Assembly: GCA_964016885.1 (NCBI GenBank)
Contig: OZ024742.1
Span: forward strand, 258,106,001-258,170,000
DNA: 64,000 nucleotides
Source of the DNA: Eledone cirrhosa
Taxonomy: Eukaryota
Direction: 5' to 3'
Below, piece by piece: positions 1-14,428 of the stretch. Each line of letters starts with the position of its first letter. Within the stretch, counting starts at the first letter, position 1. Made by a program: the position numbers and the translations under genes. The notes under the pieces are model-generated. The model was not told the origin of the DNA, ran no database searches, and saw only the letters and a list, made by a program, of their open reading frames with translations.

Positions 1-845
1 GACCTAAGGAAGGATCCGACGAAGCAGACAATGATCTGAATGCTGAAGTAAATATCATCTGGAACAAAGATACGGCCATTGAGGAAATGAATGCTGACGG
101 GCTAGAACAGGATTTGGTTGATATCCTGAAGTTAGTGGTAGATGAAATGAACAATGATAGTGGAAAACCTATGAACCTAAGATTTGGAGACAGGAAAAGT
201 TAAAAGAAACAACAGCTAAGGTAATCAAAATCATCCTATACCTCGATGCGAGGAACCTTCACCAATGCAACAATATCCTCAAAGCAAACGCAAATGCGGT
301 GAGGAAATTAGTTGGCATAAAAACCAGAGGAAACAACAAACAAAAAAGATCAGAACCTTGGTGGAAGAAACGACTTAATGGTCAAATCAAGGAAATGAGA
401 AAAGACATTGGAAAGCTTGAGTCCCTACTGAAATAGACATTACAAAACATAGACACTAAAGATAAATTCGAAATAAATTACAAAACTAGTGCTGAATATT
501 ATCATAGAGGAACTGAAGCAACGCATTGTAGCAAAAAGTGCAAAAAATAGGCGGTATGAGAACAGAGTCAGTCAGTATAGACAGAACCGCATGTTTGACA
601 ACAATCAGAAGATGTTGTTTGGACAGCTTGAAGGGAAAGAATGAGGCAACGACGTGATCCCTGAGGCGGAACAGACTAAGACATTCTGGAGAGGAATATG
701 GGAGCAGGATGTTGAAAATAATGGTCAGGCAGTGTGGATTGAGACAGTTGAAAAGGAGATTAGTAAACAGGCACACCAACAATTTGAGTATCCCAGTTGA
801 AAGTCTTAAAGGGCAGACCAAAAAACTAACCAACTGGAAATCACC
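1..845 (+). mobile_element. R4/Dong-like non-LTR retrotransposon, N-terminal ORF remnant (decayed, starts before window)
   Basis: Manual translation across frameshifts gives EPWWKKRLNGQIKEMRKDIGKLE, RRYENRVSQYRQNRMFDNNQK, PEAEQTKTFWRGIWE and NWKSP, typical of the pre-RT region of R4/Dong elements; breaks at about 845. Confidence 0.75.
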
Positions 846-1379
846 GTCCATCCCACGCCTCCCAAGATAGGTCACTAGCCAATCACCTGATTTTGGCGCC
901 ATGAAATGAATATAGATTTTTCGAACCGACCTCTCAAACTAAGGCCAGAATACGTCCCTTGTTAAAACATTCAAAGGACAAGACGATATCGTTCTTTTTT
1001 GTACTTCTTACCATATTCCAGTTTTGTCGGCCCTATTTCTGCCAATCAACAATTTGATACTTTCTCAAACTCCGGAATACTAGACTTTTTTATAGGAGTC
1101 TTTTACTCACCGCATCAAGGCTACATCTCTGCCTGGTTTGAGTTTTCTTGGGATCTATAAATGTCAACAGCTGATCCATCTAGTAGTCTACCACTGTTGT
1201 TTCGTGGTTACGTATTCGTCAGGCTGTTGCTCGCTTACATCGCAGCAAGCTATCATATCTAGCGGTTGTTTTCCAATCTTCCACCTGCGATCAGTTCTCG
1301 TGCAGAGCAGGTTTTACATATGCCTAAGCTGCTCCACTTGTGCCGAGCTGTAAACCCTTTTGAATCAGGCTTACCAAGA

Positions 1380-2700
1380 ATGATTTTCCAACTTTCCTCA
1401 TAAATATACTAATACCGAATGGTGATTTATACCGCAAGTTCCTAATTGACGGCGTCTTTTGACAGACGAATAAAATAGTGCACAAATATCTCGACCGTAG
1501 GAAAATGAAGATACATATCGAGGACGAAATACCTTCAACATCGATTTTGGTCAAAACGTACAGAAGCCCTCCACACAACATTTTACTAGGTAACGTCGAG
1601 GTTGACCTAATCAATACGGTTAAAATCACTAAATTTCAGCAGAGAAACCTATATATGAAATCCTTCTTATAAGATGTTGACTCTACTGTCTGAAATCTCA
1701 AGAAACAAATACATCATCTGGTAATGACTGACAAATCTAAAAATAAATATAGTGTTGATTCTGCAATTTATAAATCATTCATATATATATATAAATTAAC
1801 AATTGAGAACTATAGAAAAACAACTAATGAAAACCTCGATGATACCCACAAAAATCTCACATTTACATTAAAGGACCACATGGTTGTCTTTAATAATGAC
1901 CCTTCTATCAAGCTAATATGCCCATTAACTTCTGACATTAGTAAGACCAGTAAAGGTCCTTTAGACTGGATTATCCCTGATCTGAAATATAAACTAAGCT
2001 TACAGTTATTGAATAATACTGATGATGTATTAGACTGGTTTACAACATTTCTAAGTAAGGATGAATTACATGTTATACCATTTGATATAGATAGTTATTA
2101 CATTACTCTTCTATCTAATCCAATGTCCAACATAGGTCCTTAATTATGACGAAAAGTCTTAGCAACATAACTAGGGCTGATATTGATATGAAGCTAACAG
2201 CTAGGAAGACCATACTTGTGTTTGATGGTTGACTTAGGATCCGAAATAATTATTTCGATATTTATATGGGTTCAAATAATTTCTCTTAGTGGGAATTTTC
2301 TTACTAAATAAAGTAAAAGGCATCTCTCTCTCCGTAGAAGGAGGCTTATGACATGATGATGCTCTCTTCACTATTAGTAGGAATAGTAGAAGCGCTGAGC
2401 TGAATGAAATAAACTTTCCGGAGATTATTTAAGGAATATAATCTTACAATAGCTATAGACAATAATAATAGAACAGGGAACTTTTCAGAAGTAAATGTAG
2501 ACCTAATGTTGGGTCTATACAAACGTTTTCATGAACCGAGCAAACAACATTAATTATCAGTATAACCATCAAAGTTCAATGCTAAAATCTATGGTTAAAT
2601 TTGCATGTAGACTCACCTCTAATCACTCTGAATTTCATCAGAGGGCTCAATATTAAAGATCTTGTTAAAATGATAAAATTGTGTGTCTAGATAAGCGGCA
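1380..2700 (+). mobile_element. Highly decayed Penelope-like (Naiad-type) reverse transcriptase remnant nested in the LINE
   Basis: ORF 1724-2143 has TDKSKNKY, TLKDH..NDPSIKLICP..SDISKTSK, WF and FDIDSYY, colinear with the RT at 20791-22896 (SDNTKNIY, TLKDHKP..RLINPAKTDIG, FDIVDFY). Boundaries approximate. Confidence 0.7.
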
Positions 2701-2769
2701 AATCTCCTGCAAAAATAATAACGACATTAACCCACATAATACGACTGTACACAGAATCAATTAGAAGAA

Positions 2770-4846
2770 TAAGGCGGAAGAGGTCTTATCAGCATAGATG
2801 ACTGTGTTTAGATGCAGTAAAACAGTCTGCACAAATGTGTGTCTGAGAGTAGGGAGCCGATTCACAAAGTTGTACTAAAGAAGACACTAGCCCAGGGGAT
2901 GTCCAAGGAGAATATAACAACAAGAAGAAAGAGCAACCTTCATGAAAAATCCCTTCATAACACCTTTACGAAAAGGGGATTCAAAGCCCAGTCACTTATT
3001 GATAAGTTGGTAATAAGGAATTGCAAGAGGAGCCATACTGGTCTTGCCATGGGATGGATAGATTACAAGAAGACATTCGCAATGGTTCCTCATTCTTGGA
3101 TAACCAAAAGCCTAGAGATCTTCAAGCTGGCAGACAACATCAGCCAGTATGAAGTAAAAGTATGAAGTCTTGGGAAACAGAACTAACATCAGGTGGAGAA
3201 TCCTTGGGAGGCGTGAAGATCAAGAAAAGTATCTTCCAGGGAGAAAGTTTGTTCTATTCGTTGTTTGCCATTACCCTCATATCCTTGTCCCTCATATTGC
3301 GAAAAATGAAAGCAGGATACATGTGGGAAGGGAAGAGCTTACTTTGAACCACCTCCTGTTCATGGACGATCTAAAACACTTTGGGAAAAGTGACAAGGAG
3401 TTGGATGTACTTGTTAACACTGTCCGTATTTTCAGCAATGATATATGTATGGAATTTGGTATTAATAAGTGTGGTGTCCTAGTGATGAAGAAGAGTAAAT
3501 TGAACAGAAGCAACGGAATCCAGGTAGCAAGAGGTGAGATTATAAAGGAAATTGTCACTGAAGAGGGATGCACATATTTGGGTGTTCTGGAGGCAGACGA
3601 CATCAAGAAAAATAAAATGAAGGAATTGATAAGATCTGGATACATAAGGAGAGAAAGGAACATACGAAAATTACATCTAAATAGTAGGAATGTCATAAGG
3701 GCTGTAAATTCCCAAGCTCTGTCTATTATTTGGTACACTGCAGGAATTCTTAAATGGAATGTTTCTGAACAAAAATAAATGGATAAAAAGACTAAGAATC
3801 TAATCACTACCTACAGCATGTTCCACAAGAGGAGTGATCCTGATAGACTCCACTTAAAGAGATCTGAAGGCGGAAGAGGTCTTATCAGCATAGAGGACTG
3901 TGTTTAGATGCAGAAAAACAGTCTGCACAAATATGGTTCTGGGAGTAGGGAGCCAATTCCCAATGTTGTACTGAAGAAGACACTAGACCAAGGGATGTCC
4001 AAGGAGCATTTAACAAGGAGGAAGAGCAACCTTCATGAAAAATCTCTTCATAGCACCTTTAAGAAAAGGGAATTCAGAGATCCGTAGACATGGAACTAGT
4101 TGAAAAGAGTAGGCCTTAAAGGAACTACAGAAGGAATTCTAATGGCTGCACAAGAGCAAGCCCTCAGAACGAAGTGGATGAAACACCATATTGACAAGGA
4201 GGAGACTAGCTCATTGTGTAGGATCTGTTTAGAGAGAGAGGAGACTGTGGCTCCCATTGAATCCGAATGTAAACATCTAGCCCAGACCCACTATAAAGGC
4301 TAGAAGCATGATATAATGCGAAAGGTGATTCACTGGCCTTGGTGCAAACTAAATAATGTACCACATTGTGAGAAGTGGTATGAGCATAAGCCAGAGTCGG
4401 TAATAGAGAGCGATCAAGTCAAGGTACTGTGGGATTTCAGGATACAGACAGACAAGAAATTAGCACACAATAGGCCTGACACGGTGGCTTTTGACAAGGA
4501 AAAAGATCATGCCTGATTGTAAATTTAGCCTGCCCCGTTGACACAAGTGTGCAAGAAAAGGAGAAGGAGAAAGTAACGGATACCAGGATTTAAAGTGGGA
4601 GTTAAAATGATTTGGGACTGCTATGAGATCAAGACCGTACCGATTGTCATAGGAGCACTAAATACTATCTCAAAGAGTTTTCAAGGAATAACTATAGTCC
4701 AGCCCCCTTCTTTGGAACACTTCAAAAGGCATGCTTACTCGGAACAGTAAGAAACCTCCGATACGTCCTGAATATCTGAGGCTACAGGAACAGCTTGATG
4801 TTCAGTTAAATAACATCAATGACTGTGACTCCAAGAATAATAATAA
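2770..4846 (+). mobile_element. R4/Dong-like LINE: RT, zinc knuckle and restriction-like endonuclease (pseudogene)
   Basis: WIDYKKTFAMVPHSWI, IFQGESL, HLLFMDDLK, MEFGINKC, YLGV, CRIC..EET, VLWDFRIQTDKKLAHNRPD; multiple stops and frameshifts; short (AAT)n tail near 4836-4846. Confidence 0.9.
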
Positions 4847-4989
4847 TTAACATAGAGGTCAATAAACTAGGAAACACACGTAGATACCTTGTATACGAAA
4901 ACAAATTGACATTGATTGAATTAGAACAGATAAGAACACAATGAACAGAGAACCAGAAATACAGATACAGCTTAGTAACATCCGGACAA

Positions 4990-6778
4990 CGGCATTAGCA
5001 ATTGATAACATGTCGGAAGTCAATGAGAAGTTGACGAACTCAGGCAGAATCAAATTGTTTGTGAATAACAAATTAGGGAATCGGCTACTGTGGATAATGA
5101 AAACGATAACAAGATTCTAGAAGGCCAAGCATAAGATTATGCAGAAGCTAAAGAAGACATTGTCAGAGAATTAAGTAAACCCTTATGCACCGAAATATAA
5201 AACAGTTTCAGAACAACAAACTGAATAACGATAAGAATAAAACTTACGATGCTCCAATGAATTAGATTTCAACAGAGGGTGAAAATCATTTGATCTCTCT
5301 TAACAACTCTTCAGCGAATGCTATATGTTGTAAAATCGTTTTTTTTTATATTAAGAAAATGAAAACCAGGCATGTTCATAAGTAACCTAAATGGATAGAA
5401 AAAAATACACAAAGTTTATAACCTGAGAGTTGAATCGTCAAGAGCCGAAGAGATAACAAAAGCTGTGAATGTAAAGAGTAGAAAAGCAAAAAAATTTAAA
5501 AGAAAATATAAGATCATCACCGATACGGAGAATCTACTGAGTAACAACGAGAACCTGAACAAACGTATCCAGGTCAAAGCACAGGGAGTTTGACAATTCG
5601 ATAAGAGAAATTCTACAAACAATTGAAAATCTTCCAATCAGATGTAAAAATATTTTACTGGGAAATATGGAAACATCAAATGGGGATTAAGAAACCCCCT
5701 AACATGAATGAGATCAACAATTCTGGGAAATATATGTAGCAATGAAAAACAATACAATAAACAAACTGAATGGAATTGATAGAGAAATAGACGACAGCAT
5801 GAGAGTTATTAACCCTCAAGGATGGCAAGAAATTGAGCTATGAGAGCATAGGAACTTATTAAAGCACATAAATGGAAATCACTTTGGATAGACTAAACTC
5901 CTAAACTTTGGTACAATGCATTTACGGGGATACATAAAATACATGCTAGTGAAATTACGTCTATAATATAAAATCCGAATGGAACACCGATCTGGTTGAA
6001 AGAAGACCCAAAATACTTTCGCTCAAAGACAGCTGAGACAAAAATCCATGAAACTATCGGAAAATAATTTGTCTCAATACGACATAGAACATCCTGACAT
6101 TTATACTAACTGAGTGAATATAAATACCTTATGTTTGCTGCCTAATACCAGAGCCTCTTTAATAGGAATTATCAGGCAAATAATCTCAAAACTGGAGCAG
6201 ACACCTAATGCAGGATTGTTACCTACAGTCTGAAACAATTGACCATATAAAACCAGGATGTCTTATATCCTGATATTATGAGGTTAGACATAATTGGATG
6301 GGGCAATATAACCACTGAATAATATGCAAAAGATACAATGCACAACATGCAGAAAACGTATATGAAGACAAACTACAGCTAATAACTGAGACTGAATACT
6401 AGTAAGTGAGACTTAAGGTACAACAGTCTTTTCGGACATTCACACAAATCGCACTATCAATGTAAACCACCCTGATTGTACCATTAAAGATTTAAAAAGC
6501 GACCCTGCTTACTCATTGACATGTCTGTACCGTCTGGTAGAAATATGTCAGTAATCGAGTATGAAAATCTTGCTAAATATATAGATCTAGAAATTGACAT
6601 AAACAGAATGTAGCCCCCTAAAACAAATTATTCCGGTAATAATAGAAGATTTAGGTGTTATATAGAAAGATGTTCAAAGGTTTCTAGAAAACAGCTGATA
6701 AACATAGCATCAAAGACATTCAAATGATAGTTCTAACAAAAACCACCCACATAATTCATAAATATTTGTCTTTGTAAT
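4990..6778 (+). mobile_element. Second, older R4/Dong-like LINE remnant with most of the RT core deleted
   Basis: Residual motifs IQVKAQ, KWKS, NYR.IICLNT, SETIDHI.PGC, RHN, HTNRTINVNHPD, LIDMSVPS, AKYIDLEIDINRM read across many lesions. Confidence 0.65.
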
Positions 6779-7084
6779 ATATGTCAACACTATCTTTTCT
6801 GTTGAATTTTTTGTGCAAATTAAATTAATATTCACACATCTTTAATGAAAAATTGATTCATATATTTTATACTCTTTAATACTACTTTTATATCCTACAC
6901 CTAACTTTTATATAATCTTTTTTATTCTTATTTCCCTTGTGACTTGTTTGCAATGTGACTTGTTAAATGAATGTGTGCACGGAACCTAAAAATAGCTATC
7001 GAAAACCTTCAAAATCATCGATGTTTCTGGTTGGTCCTCGGTTGTCATTGCACATAGAAACGAAATTAAAGTAAATATAATACT

Positions 7085-7305
7085 AATAATAATTTCTGAT
7101 TTAGGCAGAAGGCCAACAATTTGGGGGAAGGGGAACGTCGATTAGACGTACCACAGTGCATTATTTGTAGTTTATTTTATCGACCCTGTAAGGATGAAAG
7201 GCAAATATAACGCTGGTGGGAATTGATCACAGAACGTAAAAGGCCATAAACTCTATGCGGCAAAGAACGCTGTCCGTCGCTCTACCGATAATGCCAATCC
7301 ACCGC
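7085..7305 (-). mobile_element. tRNA-derived SINE with Meta-type core (octopus-type SINE)
   Basis: Reverse complement has a tRNA-like head (TGGCA...CGGTAGAGCG) and core TTTGCCTTTCATCCTTACAGGGTCGATAAAATAA shared with copies at 35413, 57313 and 62009. Confidence 0.8.
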
Positions 7306-8062
7306 AGCATTTTACATCCTTCCCAAAAACACACACTGTTTTACCACTTTCTACATCTATGCTACTTTGCTTGCGTTCTTCAAGTCTTTGCCAACGTTCA
7401 AGATTTACGTATATTCTTGATATATGTATCTGGTTAAATTCAATCTTTTGTGACATGTACGTGTTTATGAATTGTGCTTTGTGTACATACTTGTTACTTA
7501 ATTGTTTCTGATTGAATTTGTTGTTTAAATATGAATGTAGGATAATCACCTGTATAGAAACGATCGTAGATATTGAGAAATGTATTTTATTGTATGAGCT
7601 TGGTTTTCCTCATTTTATATATTTATGCTCTGTTACCCTCACTGCCCTCAGCAGCAAGACCTTTCATCTTCGGAAAAGTATTTCGAGAGTTTTGATTTCC
7701 TTATGCGCTGAAAACTTTAAGCATGTATTGAACTTTTCTCACCTTACAAGAAATAAATACTGGCTCTGGGTGATTCTACGGCTGCAGGTTCCTTCGGACA
7801 CAGGCAATTCGTTCGGAGCAAATTTTCTTACTGGGGTGTTATCGTCAAAAAACACCTACAAAAAACATCTTCCACTCTTGTCATGCCATTGGCTGTTGTT
7901 ATTCTACGTCATCATAAGTTCTGGTCACTATTTACTGCTACACGGGTCATCAGCCATTTTCCCTCCGACGCACTTCAATGGAGTCATGCTGGGTTCGTTA
8001 TCTCACACGTCTGTTCACACTCCAGAGTATTTACCCACATACACACACATACTCATACAGAG

Positions 8063-8063
<1 letters not shown>

Positions 8064-8161
<98 letters not shown>

Positions 8162-8251
8162 TAAGTACATACATGTACATGCATGCACACACACACGTAT
8201 AAACTCATGCATATACGTAGACATGCACACATACACACCCCATACACACAC

Positions 8252-8286
<35 letters not shown>

Positions 8287-8345
8287 CACACACATACATA
8301 TACATACGCACAAGTCTACACATAAAAGCACACATATAAACACAA
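8064..8345. repeat. (TA)n/(CA)n compound microsatellite
   Basis: Directly visible. Confidence 0.95.
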
Positions 8346-8577
8346 TAAGTTAATAAAATAAAATAAATAAATTTACAATATGTTAAAATACATTAAAATC
8401 TGTATATAACTTCACAAAGAGATAAATAAGAAGGGGGGGGGTAAAAGAGAAGGTGCGTGTATTCATGTGATATACCACACACAGGTAGTATGAGGTGCAG
8501 ACTTAGGTCCCTGTATGGAACAAGCAACAATAACAGAACAATAATAACAGTAATAATAATTGTTCCAAAGTGGAACA

Positions 8578-8817
8578 TGTGGTGAGTATATATTCGCGAT
8601 TGACGGGGTACACATTCAAGGGGACGCTGGGCCGGGTCACCTTAGGGTATGCCACCGTGGTTGGGGTGTGCTGTTCTATATGTTTGGAGTATTTGACTGG
8701 ATGACCGTGGACTCCGTGTTAGTCGGTCCCGGCATAAGCGATGTACCTGCCCAGTGATGCGTGCTCGGTCCGGTGTGCAACCCGGTTTATTTATGTTTGC
8801 CACACGAGTCGCAACAA
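8578..8817 (-). mobile_element. Possible solo LTR (~240 bp)
   Basis: GC-rich island whose minus strand starts TGTTGCG and ends ACCACA; no TSD or PBS seen. Confidence 0.3.
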
Positions 8818-8856
8818 TATATATATGTATCTCTATATATATATATATACATATAC

Positions 8857-8931
<75 letters not shown>

Positions 8932-8932
8932 G

Positions 8933-8970
<38 letters not shown>

Positions 8971-8972
<2 letters not shown>

Positions 8973-9421
8973 GCAAAAGTTCTATTTAAAATTGTTGGGA
9001 TACAACAAGTAAATATTGTTATAACTGATATAAAGCACTCGACAAGTATTTGTACTAGATATACGATACTCATAAATGGAAACTATATTTATAAAACCAT
9101 ATTTATTTCATTATACATATTTCAGGGATACCAAATTAAATTATGGTATGCCTTCATCAGACAAAATACAATATATAACAGTTTTACAAATAAGCTTTGA
9201 CGTACCCTATTAAAATGCAACCATTGTTTTTGGAAGTCATCCGGATGACTTCCAAAATCAATGGTTGCATGTTAATAGGGTACGTCAAAGCTTATTTGTA
9301 AAACTGTTATATATTGTATTTTGTCTGAAGGCATACCATAATTTAATTTGGTATCCCTGAAATATGTATAATGAAATAAATATGGTTTTATAAATATAAT
9401 TTCCATTTATTAATATCGTAT

Positions 9422-9422
<1 letters not shown>
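8971..9422. mobile_element. Fold-back element family A, copy 1 (Penelope pLTR-derived; ~90-bp tail plus ~180-bp inverted arms)
   Basis: Arms 9060-9242 and 9243-9422 centred on GTCATCC|GGATGAC; flanked by (TA)n; homologous to 37657-38120 and 54184-54417. Confidence 0.85.
9104..9168 (-). ncRNA. Minimal type I hammerhead ribozyme motif
   Basis: Minus strand: UAUUUUGU CUGAUGA AGGcAUACCA..UGGUAUcCCU GAAA U AUGU A UA AUGAAAUA. The mirror copy on the plus arm has lost 3 nt of the core. Confidence 0.75.
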
Positions 9423-9514
<92 letters not shown>

Positions 9515-9582
9515 ATATTATATATATATATATATAATATATATATATATATATAATATATATATATATATATAATATATAT

Positions 9583-9614
<32 letters not shown>

Positions 9615-9772
9615 ATATATATATATATATAATATATATATATAATATATATATATATATATAATATATATATATATATATAATATATATATATATATAA
9701 TATATATATATATATAATATATATATATATATATAATATATATATATATATATAATATATATATATATATAT

Positions 9773-9854
<82 letters not shown>

Positions 9855-9873
9855 ATATATATATTATATATAT

Positions 9874-9916
<43 letters not shown>

Positions 9917-9917
9917 T

Positions 9918-9951
<34 letters not shown>

Positions 9952-10004
9952 ATATATATATATATATAATATATATATATATATAATATATATATATAAT
10001 ATAT

Positions 10005-10090
<86 letters not shown>
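9423..10090. repeat. Long imperfect (TA)n microsatellite
   Basis: Directly visible. Confidence 0.97.
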
Positions 10091-10092
<2 letters not shown>

Positions 10093-10760
10093 GGAGAGAG
10101 AGATTGAGAGAGAGAGAGATAGATAGATAGCACTTGTTGGCGAAATACATCAGACTCACACACTTTCCTTTCTTAATGTGATACATACCTGCACCCAATC
10201 ACCTACTCTAACTGGCCCCAGCTACCACTACATATAATTTCTTCACATCGATTTTTTTTAATTAAAAGCTTTGGATATATACATATATATTCTCATTCGC
10301 TACAAACACACACGTAGATACAAACAGTCATCCTAGCTTATAGACACACATATACACACACATACAGATAACAACAATAATCACAACCACACGCTCATGA
10401 CTGACCATACACACACACATGTATATACACAAAACCTCTTTAATTAACCATACAAAAGACATACTCAGACACTCACAAGAGACAGAAGATCAGCGACACA
10501 TACACGAATGAAATTACCTCCATCTTCCCACTCATAACAGCATCAATTATGCCTGATTCTGTGTCCAGATATGCTTCACAATGGAATTTAAAATTGGTAA
10601 TAAGACTGAATAACAGAAATGAAAAGTTTTGATTGTAGTAAATTAAAGAATATAACTTGACGTATAGAATGCGATAATTCAAACGAATATCTAGCAAATA
10701 TCATTCTTCCAGCTGACATAGTTAGAGATGAAAAATATCGGCAAAGTGCAAGGTAAGTAC

Positions 10761-10791
<31 letters not shown>

Positions 10792-10802
10792 TACATATAC
10801 AT

Positions 10803-10885
<83 letters not shown>

Positions 10886-11959
10886 CTCTGATATGCCCAG
10901 TTCCTGGTTGGGTTGTTATTTCACTGAGGAACTGGAATCATATGAATTCAAACAAACGAATTTCAGTGTCAAATGGCCTCTTCTCCTCTCTTGGTCAGTT
11001 ATTAGAACATTCCTCATTCTAAGTGTTGTTATTGTTGGAGTTAGCTTAAAAAATTGATAAAATGGTAGAAGGGACACGGTGTTAAAGGAACAAAATAACA
11101 AAAAACGTGTCAAACTTACCATTGGTCAGTTCTGAGAGCATTCCTCAGTCAGAAGTCTATAGAATTCTTTCTGGGGTGAGGCTCCCTGTAGTGTTTGTGT
11201 TTGCTATTGTTAAGCTATCTCCAACAATAACAGGGTATTCTGAATTAATGTTCCGTATCAAATTGTTCATATACTTCGTACGAGCATTTATGTAGTTTGC
11301 ACAAGAATTTGTGTATCGTAGCGGCACCCTTAGAGATAGTATTCGTATTCATTTTCGGGATTCTGAATTATTATTTCGTATTAGTTTATTTTTTGCACTG
11401 GGTGGTTGCTGGCCTTGTGCCTAGGGTAGAAACAATTATTTCGTATTAGTTTCGGGACTCTGAATTATTATTTCGGGTTAGTTTCTTTAGTATTTTGGCT
11501 CCCCCACTTGTTGACCTGTCACCGTAAGATATACTCGGTTGATTACTACTAACACTTTAAATGGTCTCACTACAATTCCGTCCCACCTAGTAAACTTTTC
11601 TATAGTTTAGCAGTACTAGTGAGAGACTTGATGACTGTGGTTAGGGAATAGAAACCAGAAATTGTTTTTTTATATTTTTAACATTCTTGGTATTCTTCTA
11701 TATATTTACTCCATATTGATTTACATATTGTTTCGACTTCCTCCCCATCCCCTCCCTAGTATACTTGCTTGACCTCCTCCCCTGCTGTAGTTGGCACTAT
11801 CAACGCACGACTGGGTTTCCTCCACTCCCTCTCCCTCTTTCTTCTACTGGCAGGTTCAGCTACCCCTTCCTTCCACAAATTGCCATGATAGAATTATATG
11901 TCTCAACAACAAACTTTTGACCAATCCTTGTGACAATCACTTTTACCATATATGGAATT

Positions 11960-12068
11960 ACCCCCTGAGAAGCTCGGCTATTCATATACCAGGATAAAAA
12001 TGTTCATTTAGTCCAGAATTAGCCGTCGAAACGGCTTGAGCTCAGCCGTCAGGGTCCTACTCGTTCCT
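11960..12068 (+). ncRNA. Degenerate type I hammerhead (family B pLTR fragment)
   Basis: ACCCC CUGAGA(A) ..CGGCUA..UAGCCG(UC) GAAA CGGCU UGAGCUC AGCCG UC AGGGU: stems I-III and a GUC triplet are present, the CUGAnGA box is one base off. Confidence 0.55.
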
Positions 12069-12621
12069 ATATATATGTATATATATATATATATATATAT
12101 ACATAAAGAGAGACAAAGAGAGATAATGGGAGATGTTAATATTGAATAGAGCATTGCATTCTTGTATTTACCGGAAAGGGACAGCACGTTACCCTTGAAC
12201 AAGCAAGGATTTCCGGCGGGCGACGTCGTATTGTGGAGACGGTTGAAAAAACGATGTCATAAACTCAACTTATGAACCGTTTCAAGATTTACCGTGAGGT
12301 GAAAGGAGGAGAATATGTTTTTAATTGGCCTGATGTATGTATCCACCTCTAAGCATCTAGAATGATATATACTGATGAGAGTAATTTATGGATATATTTA
12401 TTCTTTCCAGCCAATACAAGGGAACTTCTTTTCGTAGGCCTATATTGTTTTCTTTTGGAGGAAGTGGAGTGGTTGATTTGTATATTTTCTTATTAGACAT
12501 AATTATGTATAACGTCATTTTCATGTATCTTGTCATTTATGCTCTCCAAGTTATATTAGCCTTCATTTTGTCAATGAAACAATATATAAATAATTGTTAT
12601 TGTTATTATTATATGTTTGTC

Positions 12622-12970
12622 GACTGGCAGAATCATTTGAGCTGCGTAAAAACTGCTTCTCGGCGTTTACATATGTTTTGAATTTAAATTCCGCCGAAGT
12701 CAACTTTGGCATTCATTCTTATGGGATCGAGATATTAAGGAACTAGTTAAATATTGGGCTCCATACAGTTCCGCCTGAATTTGAAGCAATTATAATTATG
12801 ACTAAAGTTCAGTATATTCCCATTATTTATGTTCTGAATTAAAATATAACTGAGATCGAATTTGTCTTTCATTAACGGGTTAGATAAAATAACGTACATG
12901 TCAAGTACTGGTGTGGGGAGGGGGGGGGGGGCATCATTGACCTTATCTTTCTCAATATTGTTAACCTTCT
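12622..12970 (+). mobile_element. Two adjacent decayed SINE copies (Meta-type core)
   Basis: ACTGGCAGAATC...AAATTCCGCCGAAGTCAACTTTGGCATTCATTC at 12622-12760 and a second partial core at 12830-12970. Confidence 0.6.
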
Positions 12971-14309
12971 TTCTAAATAATGAACAATTACTTTTAACTT
13001 GATCTCACCATTTCAATTAGATTAAATTATTTATCAAACACTTACTACATCTTTCACTTACATGTCTATGTGTTTCAAATAAGCATGTAATAGTTTCTTC
13101 AATGAAAATTTCAAGAAAGTCGAACGGCTGATTCATGTCCTTCCATGTACATAATTAATTACACACATTACCTATTTCAACCACTATTGTAGCAACAAAT
13201 CCGTATTTAAATCAATATCTGTAACTGATCTTCGCTAGAAAATATAACGAAAACACAATGCCTGAGTTCCAATTAATGACTCATGAAACGAAACTCTATA
13301 AAACGTATTGTATGGAATACTTATCATTCTATTCAAATCGTAGTTGCCAGAGATAATGAAGTTGTTACAATGAATATTTTCATTGATGTGTTTCATAGAA
13401 TCTTTTCACGTCACATGACATAATCAGATTATTGCTGTCCCATATAATCCCTTTCTCTGTGTTGGAATAGTTATTGCATATTCTTTACTTCACAATATTC
13501 TGTTGTTAACATTTCTAACGTAAAATCCATATAAAACGTAATGCATTTAACCATTTCTATTTTACTTAATTTAGACGTTAATGTATTCTAAGTTTTCTTT
13601 ATTATATTTCTTCATATATCGGGTACTATTGAATTATATTGTTGGCTTGAACTTTAACTTCCATTCAACCTAACATACACGTTTATTGACTGCCAAAAGA
13701 TTCTAGAGTGTTATGTTCAAATTACATTTCCAACGGATGCGTAATTTTAGAGATCAAAGTTGAAATATTTAAAACAAATTTGAAAACAAGCCCATAAATA
13801 AACTTAAACGTTTATTATTCTTTCAATCAACATTTTAATGATAAAACCAAATTCGAGTTAACAGTATTAATCTACACTGATCGCAAATACAGCCCTGTTT
13901 GGTTTCCAAACGATCAGTTTCATATAAAAAAAATAAAGTTCTGTGCTAACTATAGCACAGCCATAATTCGTGAAACTGTGAAATATCGATTGAAATGTTT
14001 TAATTAAATTCCGGAGACAAATAGCTATCAAATGCACTTTGGTTATTTAAATTAGCGGCAAAAATTGAGATTATACATGTGTGAATAAAATACTTGGAAA
14101 ATAATGTTAAAATAAAAATAGAATAAGCGAAACAGCATTTAATTTTTTCCTCTCCAAGAGAAGAATTGCATGAACGTGTTGTGTGACATATATGTTTTAG
14201 AAGCAAATATCCAATGAGAATAAATCGTTTTCATTTAATTACACCATTGTCTCAAAAGGTGCTTATGGAAGCTTATAGACAAACAATGACAAGTCAGTAC
14301 ACACACTTC

Positions 14310-14388
<79 letters not shown>

Positions 14389-14397
14389 TATATATAA

Positions 14398-14427
<30 letters not shown>

Positions 14428-14428
<1 letters not shown>

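Noticed and set aside
486-902. 138-aa minus-strand ORF and similar antisense ORFs (3292-3807, 56309-57037)
   Set aside because: Shadows of LINE coding sequence on the opposite strand.
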